Shown in pieces: positions 44,407-58,960 of a DNA stretch of 64,000 nt; position 1 is the stretch's first letter; each line of letters opens with the position of its first letter. Under the pieces are notes generated by a model that was not told where the DNA came from, searched no databases, and saw nothing but the letters and a program-made list of their open reading frames with translations. The position numbers were made by a program, and so were the translations under genes. The DNA lies in the NCBI RefSeq assembly GCF_009914755.1, contig NC_060926.1. One strand, 5' to 3'. This DNA comes from the human T2T-CHM13v2.0 reference genome, Homo sapiens.

Positions 44407-47400
44407 ATACAATCCACACTCCCACAGGCTGGTTATTTTTATGTCCAGTTGTGTTGGTAGAGGACCCTTCTGGGCAATGCCTTGCTTCCCAATCCACACA
44501 AATACTCTTTCCAAATAATCCACTCTCCCTGTGTTCACCTGCCTGTCTTCTGAATTCACGGAGCTTGTTGGCCTTATAGATAAACAGGCTGATGCCACTT
44601 GGTTATAAAGCAGTCATGTTATGGTTTGAGAAGGCAGGGTGTCACTAATTCAAACAGTGTATTTTAAAAGACTGGTGGGTTCCTTGTGCCCTGGAAGCCC
44701 CGGAACCCTAATACCCAGCTGTTCTGATAAGCAGCCTGTCCCTCAAGAGTGAGGACTCTGTGGCTGTCCCATTGAGGACAGCCTGAGACAAGCAGACGGG
44801 AAACCAGCACGGGAATACAGCTGCCACCACTACTGGACCTGCTGGAGAAACCGCAGTCTACTGGGAGGACACAGACCTGGGGTGCTCAGGGGACAGGCGC
44901 ATCTCTAAGACAAGGCCTGGCCTTTTTCTGCTGCCAGCAGGCACCCATCATGCGTGGGAGTGAGCAGCTCTAACCTGGTGAGAGATCCTCCCTTTCCCCC
45001 TGACTGGGCCTAGTGGGGAAGGAGGTGGTGTTTAAAGCTCGTTTTTGTTTTACTCTTTCCCTAAGAATCTGCCTTCTTAGGAATCTCTGACAAGAGGAAG
45101 GAAGAATCTGCTGTTCTTTTGAAGCCAGGAAATCACTCTTAACAAACTCTCCCATCAATACAGGTAAAGTGCAGAGCTAATGAGAAAGCAGAGGGCATTT
45201 GTCTGTTCTCTGAAGAGACCGTTTCTGGCGTATGTTTAATCATGGAGCATCATAGGACCTCGAGGCCAGGGATTTTCAGAGGCCCCAGAGAAGCCTGCCA
45301 GCTCCTAGCAGCCCTAGAAACTGGCAGGGCTCTTGGAGGCACTGACGTGCAGGGCTCTGGGCCCTCATCCTGTGATAAAAGGAATAGAGATATTTTTTAC
45401 CTGTTTTGTGTAGGGGCTTCTGCAAGTGATGATTTTTTGGTAAATAGACCTTTTTGCAAATTAGGCCATGTGCACAGGTTGTGGGAATTAGGGAATGCAC
45501 TTATCTTCTTACGGGTTACCATTCAACACACAACAGCTGTGATTATGACTATATGTTATAATGTTATTCTGGGGGATGCTTAAGACCTAGAAAAGGAAAG
45601 GATTTGTCTGATGCCACCCAGCATGCAGCCTTCCCATGGTGGGAAGCCGAGCATGGAAGAAGCCCAGAGACCAGATAGTGACTAACTGGGAGTGGCCGTG
45701 GCTCAGGCAGTCCTAGACAGTCAGAGGCCAACACGCCGGTGATGATGGTGATGGGGCAGAAGATACCAACCCTTATTCACTGAGCATTGACTGTGTGCCA
45801 GGCATGGTCTAGACATCACCTGGATGTTCTACCAGCCCTCGCCCCACTCTTGCTGGAAATGGCAGTGCTCCTATTATCCACATCTTACAGATAAGGAGCT
45901 GGACAGTCACTCAGAGAGGCTGAGTGATGAGCTCTGGGTTAATGGCGAGTAGATAACGAAGTGCGCATTTGGACTCACATCTGAGGGACCCCCACCTGGG
46001 CCCTGACCACTGTACTCTACAGCAAAGGAGAGGACCCAGGCCACCCTCAGAGGTGGTGTTTATGAGTCATGGGGCAGAGAAGGCAATTGCAAGTGGCAAA
46101 TGGTAGCAGAACCAGAACAAGAGCCCAGATCTCTACTCCTGGGCTCACATTAGTCCCATTTCCCAAGGCTGTAGTTTAACATCTCTCTGTGGTCTTTGTA
46201 ACACCTGAATGGCCATTAAGGTGAGTGCACCCATGTTCAGGGCAGGAAAACACCTGCCAAACTGGCTGCAGCATTCAGGAAACTCCACCAAGCTTTTCGA
46301 TGAGTTCACATTGCACTGCCTGAACACAACCGCTGGGGTGGGTTCCTTCTCCTTGAGACTGCATTTTAGAATGTCAGTTACACCAGGTCTCCTTTGAGTG
46401 AGGAAGTGGGAGACACATTAGAAACCCAAGGAGACCAGCTTCCTCTTCTCAGACAACCCCAAGCAACAGCACAATTGGATGTCAGACAAAGGGTCATTTT
46501 TACCTCCCCTCTTCCCATCCACGGCTCCAACTACAGGAGCATCACCATTAGGGAGGGGTAAGGGGCACACCTTAAGCAGGTTTGAGATGTCAGCGGCTGA
46601 CAGCCTGCCTTGTCTCCATCAGGAAGGCAGCAATAAGACAAAAACCAACAATCTGGGCTGTGGAGTCTGAGCCTGACCACCCCCAGGTGATGCAAGCCAG
46701 GAGGTTGCCTTGACTTGGTCTTGACCCGGGTCTACCCCTAACTTGGCCTTGGCTGGGCTGTGTGACCTTTAGTCAGTCACTACTGTCAGATCCTCAGATA
46801 CAACACCTGTTAAATGCAGATCATATGGAGATATATACCAGCAAGCCTCTTTGGACTACTTTGAAAACCAAATGAGCTATTATATTTGTGTTCGTGTTTT
46901 ATCTCCACCATTGAGTGGAAAGTTACTTAATAGGAGAGGTCATGTCTCATTCATCTTTACAAATGATTGTAACTAGCCCAGAGCCCTGCACAAATGAGAA
47001 GAGGTGATGGTTGAATTGTAAACTTCAGCTTCTCTGAGGGCAGTGAATAGCCCAGCGTAGCTGGGGAGGAAGGAAAGAGGTGGCAGAGATACAGTGAGTA
47101 GATGAGTGGAAAAAGAGGCTGTTGTCAGGCTGTGGAGGACTTTACACATACTGATGCTTCTAAATTTCATCTGTAGCTGGATGGTAAGCTGATATCCCAA
47201 ATGCTTTAGTAAGCATTAGTGGAGGATGGGGCTGTAGAAAGAGCCTGGGGACTCAAGCCCAACAATCATAAACCTCAGTCTCAGGTCTTTGGAGCTAAGC
47301 CTTAGTTGCCTTATCTGCAAAATGAGAATAACAACTTCATTCCAGGGTCATTAGGGATACCTAGCATTTAAAGTGACCAGTGCAGTATTTAGTATCTATT

Positions 47401-49105
47401 TGAATTTCAGCAAATACTACTGCCCTAAATGAGTGAGGCCAAGCTGACCTTGACTATCAGATGTAACGGTATGTTACAGAGGTTCTAGGCCAACGCTGCC
47501 TTGGAGTGAGAAACTAAGCAATGGTACCATGGCCACGCTGCAGTGAGGACAATCTAGAGTCAGTCTGGCTACAGTCATGTGTTGTCCAAGTTTCCAGCAA
47601 TCCTGGTATGCTCTGGTATATCCTGTGAACACCTACAGCCCTCATGTACCCAAAGGCCACATGGTGTCACATGGCGAACACCCCCTGAGTCCCACAGACC
47701 ACCTCAAAGCTTCCCAGTGCCCCAGCCTGCAGCACTATCTACAAGGGACACTGTCAGGTGGCTTCTGTTGGGTGTTCCGTAGAGACCACTTATGCCATAA
47801 GGCCGGCTAGGAGGCACAGCACTCTGGGCTGAGAAGCAGGAGATCTGGGTTCCAGTTCCACATGGCAAGTGACTTGCCCCATGCACAGTGGCTGAACAGT
47901 CTTGGGACTCTCAATGCCTGGAAGTGCCCTTCAGCGGAGTGTTTCTATAAGAGCTTAACCTAGGAGACACACTGACATTTGAGAAAGTCATGTTCTTATC
48001 AGGCAAACCTCTGCTAAAACTACCCTGACAATGAAGCCTCTTCTATAGAATGCTCCTGTTCAAACCCAACAGGAATATGCTGAAGTTCAGAGGGTGCCTG
48101 GTTTCTAGTTTCCACCTTACCAATTCCTGTCTGTGCCACCTCAGGGGAGTCATTACACACTCATGAGCCTCAATTTCCTCATGTGAGCCTCAGAGGCAAT
48201 GATATATCGCTCATACTATTTTCTAGCAAACTGTTTCCTAACACTTCACAGAAAGTACAGATCTCATTTTATTTGGATACTCTGAGGTTGGTCATCCTTC
48301 ATCTTTGTGGGAAGAGCCAGACACACTTTCACAAAGCAGGCACGGGGGAAAATGAAAAACTTCCATCATTCTTGGGAAGCGGGAGAGAGTCAGAGTCCAT
48401 AGGATGAGGAATGATTGAGAATGCACCCATGACAGCTGGGAGCCGGCTTATCTATGATGCTGGCAAGGGTCATCCCTGGCCTCGGCAGACAAACACTGGC
48501 AATTGCGCTCCAGACAATAGCACAGCTGCTCTTGTTCCTAGGCTCCCTGCTGTGAGGCAAAGCAGGGGTCATATGATCAGTATTCAGCATTGCATTCGTC
48601 CCCAAGATGCAAAGGGATTCTGCCTTCCCCAATAGCACAGGGCTGCAGGAGGGGGGTGCACACCCTCCACCCCAATGAGGGGAGCAGCGGATAGAAGAAT
48701 AGATAATGATAAGATTCCCCACAGAAACTGACTACAGGAAAATGCAGTTTCCATGTGAGAACCACCACTTCTAATAAAATCCATATTCCTAAGCTGAGGG
48801 TACAAGTTCTTCCATAAATGACTGCATACTAATTAGAGCCATCCTTTATGTTAACTCCCAGCTTAAGCCCAAATGTGATTTACTGCAGCTTTGTACCCTC
48901 TTGCCCTGCCTTGCAGCCTAGACTTTCACCCCCCACCCTGTCTACCATCCTTCAAGGCCAGCAGCAGAGTTTTACTTCCTCCCTGAAGTGTTCTCTGATA
49001 CCCACCTAAGACCACAATCCATACTGACCTCTCCCTTTGCTGAACTCTCATAGAACTTTCTGTCTGTGCCACTCAGCATTTAGTGCCTATGAGTTGTCTC
49101 ATGAC

Positions 49106-49380
49106 TTTTATTTATTTATTTATTTATTTTTGAGACAGGGTCTCGTTCTGTCACCCAGGCTGGAGTTCAGTGGCGTGATCTTGGCTCACTGCAATGTCCA
49201 CCTCGAATAGTTGGGATTACAAGTGCAGGTCACTATCCCTGGCTTTTTTTTTTTTTTTTTTTTTTTTTTTTTCTGTAGAGAAGGGGTTTCACCATGTTGC
49301 CAAGGGCTGGTCTCAAACTATCTGCCAGTCTCAGCCTCCCACGGTGCTGGGATTACAGGCATGAGCCACCGCACCCAGCT
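49106..49380 (-). mobile_element. AluJ-like with two internal deletions and an expanded middle A-tract
   Basis: (TTTA)n tail, T29 at 49244-49272, TSD ctcat(g/c)acttt at 49098-49108 and 49383-49393. Confidence 0.88.
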
Positions 49381-50434
49381 ACCTCATCACTTTCTGACGG
49401 GACTGTTACATCAATCTCCTAACTGGTTTGATCCTGCTTGGGCTGTGGCCCTGTCCTCTGCAGAAAAAAGTTTTCAAAACACACATTTGATGATGTGTCA
49501 TCCCTGCTTAAAACCCTTCAAGTATTTCCTACCACCTTCATGATAAAGTCCAAATGCCCTACCATGCTCCTACCCTTCCCCTGGGAGTATCCACATTCCA
49601 GTCACACCAAAGTGTTTCCCAAGGTTATATAATGAGGTGATATCAAAGGCAGGAGGAGAACCTGGATCGCTGAATAACTAGCTGAGGGTTCTTCCCTCAG
49701 TCCCAGGTGCTTCCCAGGCTAACGTTGGACCACAGACAGAATGACTAGGAGCACATGACACTGAGTCATGGTCGAGGTGAAAAAGTCAAGACCAACTAAG
49801 TATTTAGGCTTGATAAGCTTACACTGTTGACAGCCAGCCGATCCACTAAGCAACCAAGTGGGCAGCAGGCATCTGAGACTCAGGCAGAGGTTCATCTACT
49901 CTTTACACCAACACTAGGAAGGGGATCACTATTTCTCCTTTTGCAGGTGTGGAAAATGAGGCTCCCAGTGGTCACAGCTGCTATCTGGACTAAAACACCA
50001 GCCACACCCCTTCTCTTATATTCCAGAATGGTAAAATCCAACAGCCCCCCACTGTCACCACTTTGATGCCTCCCAAGCATCTTACAGTAGACACATCTGA
50101 TGGTAAGTAACAGCATCTAGTCCCTGCCCAAGAGACCATTCTGTCCAGGACCCCCTTCTGGGGAACTTCATTTCTGCTCTAAGACCAGAGGTATCCCATG
50201 ACTTTTCTAATTCCTTCAATGGAAAGACTGTGAAAAGAAACTTTCATTTAACAGAAGAGGGGGATAACTCCACTCTAACTGCTTTATGTTTATCCAGAGA
50301 AGTTATCAAAAACTCTTACCAGGTGACTGCTTTCCCCACAGCACATCACAGTGATAAGGGCATGTGTCTGGGGGGTGGCAGAACAAGGTCCAGAGGAGAG
50401 CAAGACTAATATGTGATCAGCAGCACACATGGAC

Positions 50435-50649
50435 TTGGGGGCATTCTGAGCTGGCTGGCACCAGCTCACCAGATCCAACTGTACAGATCCCTTCCCAACT
50501 TCACATTCAGTGACGCCATGGAAGTAGCTTGAAACCAGCCATGGTGGAAGTATTTACACCATGGAAATTGTCCCACGCTCCCAGCAAGTTTGTTTGGCTT
50601 TCGTTTATCCCAGATAATTGGTTATTAAGCATTTAGGAGCAAACCACTG
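50435..50649. mobile_element. MER63A-like hAT fossil
   Basis: cttcccaact..ttcagtgac..gtagcttgaaa..gccatggtgg.agtatttacacca..accactg. Confidence 0.75.
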
Positions 50650-50811
50650 AATGGATCCATAAGATGGACACTGGGTTGGGAAGACAAGACTTAAATTGTA
50701 GCTAAAGCTCTACCGCCAACTCACTGTTTGACTTGAGCAAGTTTCTTCCTGGTCCTAAGTTTCCTTAACTGTAAAGGACATAAAGAGCACTTTGGTAAAT
50801 GTAAAATAGGG

Positions 50812-50988
50812 AGGAGACATTTGACAATGTCTGCAGACATTTTTGGTTGTCACAACTGAGGTAGATGTGGTGCTACTGGACAGGGATGCTGCCAAGCATC
50901 CTATCACGCACAGGAAAGCCCCTCTTCCTCCCTTAACAGAGACCTACTTTTCCCAACATGTTCCTAGTGCCAAGGTTGAGAGATCCTG
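50812..50988. mobile_element. MER20-like hAT-Charlie fossil
   Basis: gacattt..caatgtctg.agacatttttggttgtcacaactg..gggatgctg..agtgccaaggttgaga. Confidence 0.8.
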
Positions 50989-52446
50989 ATGGGGAGATAG
51001 TCTCACAGTAGCCCACTGAAATACCTTGAACACATCAGCATGCACAAGGAAAATAAAAGGAGTCAGCTTGCAGGAACCCTGGGAGGGCAGTGGTGTAAAA
51101 CATTGCCACGGATGCTACAGGTTTACAATGCAAGGATGAGGTAGATCTCTTGCCCTAACATGGTACCGGGCACACCATAGGTGCTCAGTAATCATTTGCG
51201 GGAAAAGTAAACGTGTCTAGTTGAAATAGCAATGCAGTCTCTCTTTAGCAAGCCTATACTCCAGTGTGTGTGCATCCCCCCACAGTGACACCAGGCAGAA
51301 GAATCTGACAAGTGTCTATTCACCTCCTCTCACCTCCTCTGGGAGGGTAGTGAAAAGACACGGTGTGAAGTTCTAGCCCTGGAGACTCAGATTAGACAAA
51401 TAATCACTAGCCTGGCATCCAGAGCCGCGATGGTCAGAAGAGCAATTTTATTTAAGTCACTTTCTAATAGGAGTTGAAGCGTCTTGAAAAGTGAGGTTTT
51501 CAAAGGCTCCTCTGGGGAGGCAATTGTCAAAAACACACAGCAGGCAACCTTGCTTTCGACACATTCAAAGCCACTTTTTAAAGACAATCCTTTTCTTCTC
51601 TGTACCACTTGGGATTGAAAATGCATTTAGCACAAACCACCAGAAGCAGAAACAGCGTTGGATAAGAAACGCGACCGACATTGTGGCAAGCACGGGGAAC
51701 TGCAACAGAATCTGATCAGGCTGGCACCACTCAGACATGCACAAGGAAAGAGGCAATGGCAGGCAGCATATCTACTGTCCCTCAGCCTCTGGGGTCTGGA
51801 GTCAGCGAAAGTAGGGGGTGAGGTGTAACCACAGCCGTTGCTGGAAGTCCCTTGCAAGACTCCGGATTCTGAGTTCTCACACTGAGAGTGGCAGCTGATT
51901 TCTAAACAAGCAGATGACAGAACACAGGACCTCCCTCTGTGTCTCCCTGAAGATCTGAATCTGACCATAAACCATCCGACTCACAAAGCCCTTTAATTAA
52001 AAGCCCAAGGGCCCAGAGCTAATTCGAGATGTGGCAAGACCCAGTGGCTTCTCAAGCACCAGAACTGTGAGCAGATTAATGGGGATAATTTCGCCCTTCC
52101 TGGTCTATAAATGACAACTCACTCAGATGCACTGAATGCCAGAGCTGGAAGCCACCTGGGCAACTCTCTGCCCAGCCCCTTGCTTTGTGAATGAGGAGCT
52201 CATGGTCCAGGATAGGAGGCCAACTGCCCCAGGCCCGGTCCCGAGTTTCTTACTGACTTTCAGCTAAATGCAGCTTTCTTGGTGTCCAGTGCTGAGTCAC
52301 CTATCTATTCAGAGAAAATGTTTTTGTTGAGGTCTCTACACTCCCTCTGCAAGGCTTACTCAGAACTCCGGACAAGCTGGTTACAATCCATCTGGGACCT
52401 AGGGCCACAGGTTGGAAGTAGGACAACTTCAGGGAAAGAAATTACC

Positions 52447-52697
52447 CCTGCCTGGGCAACGTAGTAAGATCCTATCTCTCCCCCAACCCCTTGCCAAAAA
52501 AAAAAATAAGAAAGAAATACAAAACATTAGCTGGGCATGGTGGCATGCGCCTGTAGTTCCAGCTACTAGGAAGGCTGAGGTGGCAGAATCACCTGAGCCT
52601 GGGAAGTTGAGGCTGCAGTGAGCCATGATCATGCCTCTGTACTCCAGCCTGGGTGACAGAGCAAGACCCCATTTCAAACAACAAAAAATAGAAAAGA
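52447..52697 (+). mobile_element. 5'-truncated AluJ
   Basis: gcctgggcaac..., gaggctgcagtgagccatgatc (J-type), A-rich tail. Confidence 0.88.
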
Positions 52698-52946
52698 AAT
52701 TTCCAAAACCCCCACACACCAGGAGCTGGCTATCTCCTGGGCTGAGTTTGGCCCCTTTCATCACTCCTCTGTCATTCATTCCTCACATCCACATCCCAGC
52801 ACAGTGGATCTTGTGATGCCCAGGCTGAGTGAGATAAAGAAATCTGTTTGGCCAAACAGCTAATGGATTTCTTTGATTGCAGTGCTCATCAAACTCTTTT
52901 CTTTTTAACTTAAAAGTTGTAATATCTAAAGCAGCAACAAGATGAC

Positions 52947-53317
52947 TTCTAGGGACTGAGTGTTTGTATCCCCCTAAATTCATAGGTTGGAGCCTAAATT
53001 CCCAATGTAATGGTATTTGGAGGTGAGGGAAGATTCTTTGGGAAGAATCAGGTCATGAGGATGGAGCTTTGTGAATAAGATTAGTGGCCTTCTCAAAAGA
53101 GACACAACAGAGATGATGTTTTTCTCTCTTCACCATATGAGGATGCAATGAGGAAACAGCCATCTGCAAGCCAGGAAGCCAGCCCTCACCAGACACCAGG
53201 TCTGCCCACATCTTGATCTTGGACTTCACAGCCTCCAGAACCGTGAGAAATGTATTTCTGTTATTTAAGTACTCCAGTCTATGTAATCTGTTACAGTATC
53301 CTGAACTGACTAAGCCA
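52947..53317 (+). mobile_element. MLT1A-like MaLR solo LTR
   Basis: Typical gccatctgcaagccaggaag..ttgatcttggacttc..gcctccagaac motifs; perfect TSD ATGAC (52942-52946, 53318-53322). Confidence 0.88.
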
Positions 53318-53979
53318 ATGACTTCTTCAGTAATGACAAAATAATTTTGCCACATATTATTAATTAACAAACCCCTAATATATTGGATTGCAAACTTGAA
53401 TTTTTTTATGCTAATAATGGCAAATACTTATGCATATGATTTATGTACCTTTCATTATACAAAATAATCTCTCATTAACAAAATAGCTTCAAGTAGCATC
53501 TACCACTCTCATTTTACTGATGCAGAGACAAAGGTCCAGAGTGCTCAGGTGAATTTTCTGACATCACACAGCCAGTCAATGGCAGAAGGGTGTCTGATCC
53601 TGAACTCTGTGTCCTTCACCAGGGACTGTGTCCACTTAGGGACCAATCAGATGCCACAGACCCTGGAAATCAGTATGTTTCATTAACATGTCTGCTAAGT
53701 GTGGTGCTGAGGGCCTGGGTAACGGGGGGTGATGGGTGGGGTGGCAGTTGTGACCTCATCTTGGGGTTTGGAAGGAGCCACACACCTGAATAGCACACAG
53801 TTACCGAAGCCTACCTGTTAGGTAAAGCCTTTGAGGTTCATTCAGACAGAGGAGCAGTAAGAAGGAGAAGGAATCTCACTGGAGCCCACCCTGCAGGCTG
53901 TTACTGGTTTCCTGAATTTCTTCCACCCCTGGGGATGAAGATTCAGAGAACAAGGTATGGTACCTCCATCTTGTTTGCT

Positions 53980-54440
53980 AACAGCCCGTAAGCTTCCAGG
54001 AAATATAAACACAGGAAATGACGATTAAGTACAGTGTGGCAGTTGCACAGGCTGGTGTGGAAGCATCCGTGGTGGGCACCGGACTCCACCTGTGTGATGG
54101 GATCTGGCCGGGAAAAGCTTCCTGGAGGGGCTGGGGCCTAATCAGAGTGTGAATTCCATGCACCACTAAGGGATGCTGTGAGGATGTGAAGTAGGAATAG
54201 GGTGTTCAGGCACAGAGCACGGGCCTTGAAAATGAACAAGTGACAAACCTCCTCATGTGAGGAACTCTGCATGAAGGGGTGTGGCTGGAGCATAAGAAAT
54301 TGATGGGTTGGACTGGGAGGGAGGCTTGCACCGCACATGAGGCAGGGGCTGGGCGGACCACAGAGGGCCTAGCAAATACTTGTAAAGGAATCTGCATTTT
54401 GAACGTAGGGTTTTACCTTTTATTATTTTGCAGAGACAGG
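53980..54440 (-). mobile_element. L2 (approximate)
   Basis: agcttcc.gga..; gaaacctcctca.tgagg; ggccttga..; gggccttg-type L2 antisense motifs. Confidence 0.5.
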
Positions 54441-56739
54441 GTGCTATTGTCAGGTTTGTATTTTATATCGTGTGAGTGTGGAGTGTTGTGTGTGTAGATC
54501 TATATCTGTATCTATGTAATATCACTACTCTGGCAGTAGTGCCCTTACTCAAGTGACTTCACCAAGCCTTCAATTATTTTCTCTCTAAAATGGGAAAAAC
54601 ATGATGTGCCCTCCATATCTCAAAAGTGTTATAAGAATAAAGTGAGATAATTAATAAATAATTATTAAAGATTAAGAAAACGACAAACTTACATAAATAA
54701 TTATATCTGGATTCTCTCAAGGCTGCATACAGAAAATCTCAGAACTTTAAAATATCCACTTCAAAAGAATAAATTGGGAGGGAGAGTATGAAGCATGGAG
54801 CGGAGAAAGCCACTTCCTGCAGCTGTCGCTGTTACTGTCTGGAAGGCCCTGCCCAGCAATGCACTCTGGTAATCGCTCGTCCTCGTCTCCCATGTTCTGG
54901 GCTAACTTTCTGATCCATCCAATAGCGGTAAGGAAGCAAAATACCAAGACCCTCAAACCCACCTTTCTTATTTCGCCAATGAATGTATGTTTCCAATTTT
55001 AGATAAAAGAATGACTTTCACAAAGCTCTTCCTGAATCTTAGAGAATAATAAATAGATAGGCAAAGAATATCTGATATTCAGATGAAATGGCAAGGTCTT
55101 TGTCTTACACGATGGGCACAGAAATGCCCAGTTGATTTCAGTTTCCCTCTTTCAATCTGCCCTCACCCTGGATGTATTTGACTCCAGCTAAAAGAAGGCA
55201 AGACCAGTGGAAGCAGCCTGCTGCCTAAGTACCTGCAGTGTGGGGCAGTCTGTGGAGGATAAAAGCCTCTTTCAGGAAGGAATGGTTTCCAACCACTGCA
55301 CAATTACCTTTATTAGCATAACGTCCCATTGTGCATTTTGCAAAACACTTTCCCATTCCATCTCAGGAAGACTGCAGTGACAGAAATTGCTGCCACTGGG
55401 GGGAAGAGCGTGTCTGTAAAATTTAAACCATTGGGCATTTGTTCAAGACTCCTGGGAAATGATATCCCTTGATATATAATTCATAATAGCCTTAAAGCTT
55501 GCCCTACTTCTGACACATAGATGATATATTTTGGATAAGTCAGAGAGGGAGGAGGGAGAAAAATTACTTTCGAATGGCTCTGCTGTTCTTTGCCTTTTGA
55601 GTAAAGCCTGACAATATTTTGGACCACTCTTTTCCACCATAAGGGCTTCCCTTTAAGAGCTTTTTTATTTTATTTTTTATCTTTTAAATTGAAGAGGCAG
55701 CATATCATCCAGTTTCAGTTTTATCTTCTGTAACACCGGATAAAAGATGAGGCTGAATCCATCTGTTAGCACATACAGGCTGCAAACTGTGTGAATGCAG
55801 GCACACCCGCATGCATGCGCCTGCACGCACACACACACATCCTTGCAAAAAGGGGGAAAAATCCACACTTTTAAAAAATTTATCATCAGCAATCCTACCA
55901 ATGCCGACTAGATAGCAGCACTTTTATCCTTTTATGGGCAGATTCAGGAGGAAGCCAGCCTCGCCCCCACAGAGGCTCTTCCCCCTGCACTGCCATAGGA
56001 ATTGGGATGCTGGGACTGGCAGCAGGCCAGCCCCTCCCCCACAGCGCTAGGGTTCTAGCCTCCTGAAATCAGTGATGATACCATTGGGGGCCATAGCCTG
56101 CCATGCCCCAGCTGGCCCTGGCTGGGGACTGGGAGAACCACAAGGCATTGAGAGGGCTTCCATCTTCTGGCACAATTGGCCAAGCGACTAGGCTGGTTTT
56201 CTAGGGAAAATGGGCAGGCAGCCTGCCTAGATTTATGGAGGCAGAGTGGAGAGCCCCATCTGGTTGCTTGGCCTTTCCTCTGGTGCTGCTGGTTGGGTGG
56301 CACTGTGTATCGCCCTCTCTGGGCCTCCAGAGCTGCTTTTGCTCAAAATTACTGGTGATGCTGCAGGCACTGGATCAGATCAGGTGCAACAGAAGATCAG
56401 AGATTGGAGGCCAGAGATGACCTGGATGCGTCAGCTCTCACCTTTTTAGGTGGACACAGTGCAGGTAGAGAGTCCTGAAATGCACAGGGTTCTTTTGTTT
56501 CCTAAACACAGAAACTATGTTAATCACAGAGTTCCAAAAATAAGCAGCTTCATTTCATTAACGAGGTGAAGCTTGAGCACACATGGGCTTGGAAGAGGAT
56601 GGGGTGGGGGTGGGGATGACAAGCACAAGGGACAGCCGAGGCCACTGACCTCAAAAGGCTGACGAGTTTCTCAGGGAGGGCCCAGGGACCCAGATCCACA
56701 CCATGTGCCTATCCCTCTGGAGTGCTGAGCCCGTGAACT

Positions 56740-58960
56740 CTGATCCTACAGTGCCTCACATCCGCCCCCTCCTCTGCTCCCACTTCTGTTGCCCTAATTT
56801 AGGCCCTTATTATCTTTCTCCTGGACAGTTCTGCACACACAGCCAGATGACTCTTCCCAAAGCAGCACGGCTATTATTGCATCACTCTATGGCTCAAAAA
56901 CCTTTAATGATTCCTCCACTGACTAAGAAATAAAGCCCAGCTTCTATTTTCTAAGGCCCTCTTCATTGAGTCCCTGGCCCAAATCCTAGCCTCATTCTCC
57001 GCTCTTCCTTCTCCTCCGTATGCCACGCCTTCAGCCCAGGGTCCCCTTTCCAGCCTTCCCACCTGCATGCCCTTACTCCTATATGCCCCTTTTTCTAAAA
57101 TATTCTTCTTTCTCCTCCATTTGTTTAATTCTAAATCCTATCCAGCATTCAAGGCCGAATTTAAAGGCCACTTCAGCCATGGACTCAACCTTGACTCCCA
57201 GAGAAAATTTCTTTGTCCTCTGAACTCTCATAATTTTACTATCCCTCAATCCCTTTCTTTTGCTGTAACAGATTCTAGACACCTTGCTTTTCTCCTTAGG
57301 CTGTAAGACATCTGAGGGTAGAAAAATACCAAGTTTAACTTTGCATACTCATTCCATCTAGCACATGGGAGGTGCTCACCAATGTTGCATAAGCACACAA
57401 GTGAGCGTGCCTGCAGGATGGCAGACAGAAAAATGTTTTGCAGGAGATGCAGCAACATAAGCAGATCATGCCATGATGGCATGCAAAGGAGGCAGGCTGG
57501 GTGGGCTGGGGGTGAGAGCAGAGGACATGATGATCTCCACGATGCTGAAGCCAATGGTCAACTCTCTCTTCATCTTTATTAAACCCATTAGCAATAATTG
57601 ACACAATTGAGTTATCATCCCTTTTAGAAAGTCTTTATTTACTTGATCTCTAGGAGGTCAGGGTCTCTTAATTTTCCTTCTAGTCAATGTGTGCTCCTTT
57701 TCAGTCTCTTTGGTTGCCTCTTTCTCTTTTTCTAAATTCTTAATATTGGCACTTCCCAGGACTTGGCCCTTCAGCCTCTCTACTTTATCAGGACTCACTC
57801 CTTTGGTGATCTTGCCTTAGTTTCACACCTTCAAATATCATCTCTATTTTGATAAATACCATATTTATATTTCCAGCTTTGACCTCTCCCTTGCCAGCAA
57901 TAACCAGCAGTCTACTCAGAAGCTACACTCCAATGCCTAACTCAAACTCAGCGTGGCCCAAAACAGAACTCTTCCTCTTTCCTCCCAATCCTGCTCTACC
58001 CACATTATTTCTCATGTCAGCTAATGACAATTCCATCCTTCTAGTTGCTAGGACAAAAACAGTGAGTCATCTGAGCCTCCTCTTTATTTCACGCCCCAAA
58101 TTCAATCTTTCAGAAAATTCTTTTGCCTTTACCTTGAAAATATATCCAGCGTCCCTGCATACCTTCCATACTAGTCCATCAAGAACACGCTGCCGCCAGG
58201 GTCCCCCAGTTCCACCCCTGACACCCTGTTGTTTTCTTGCCATAGAGTGGCCAGAGTGATGCCACTAAAATGTGAGTCCCACTGGGACCCTCCGCTAGAA
58301 CACGCTCTCCAGCAGCACCCTTCATCAGACTCAGGGTGGACCCCCAGGACCTTGCCGACCTCATCCACAGCTACTCTTCTTCCTTTGTTCTATCAGGTCC
58401 ATCACATTGGCCTCCTAGCTTGTCCTCAAATCTGTCAGTTCCACTGCCCTTTCTCTTTGCCTAGAATACATTTCTCCCAGATATATGTGTGCTCACTCCT
58501 TCACCTTTTAATAGTTTTTGCTCAAATGTCATTTTCTCAATGAGAACCATCCTGACCGCCCTTTTCAACTGCAATGGCCTTCCCTGCAACAGCCATAATC
58601 TCCTTGGTTCGGCTCCATTTTTCCCATTGACCTTTTGACCTTCTAATATACTAGAAGGCAATAAATATTCCTTTATTACCTTACCTTAAAGTTATTATTA
58701 TTATTTATAATAGTATACTATATATAATAATATAATTATTACCTAAATAAGATAAATACATTACTTTAGTACTTTTTTCTTAATGTTATTACCATAATAA
58801 AATATTATTATTGTTACTTTAACATTATTAAAGTTATTATTTAGTATCTACATTTTTTCCTTAACTGATATGTCTTATCCTTACTGCCTAGAGCTATGCC
58901 TGGCATGAAGTAGGCATTCAATAAATATCTGTCAAATACAGGAATGAATCACTTTAGTCG
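56740..58960 (+). mobile_element. Cluster of L2 fragments with an AT-rich interruption at ~58660-58850 (approximate)
   Basis: aaacagaactc..aatgacaattccatccttctagttgct..; ctcaaatgtca..; tgcctggcat..gtaggcattcaataaatat. Confidence 0.6.
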
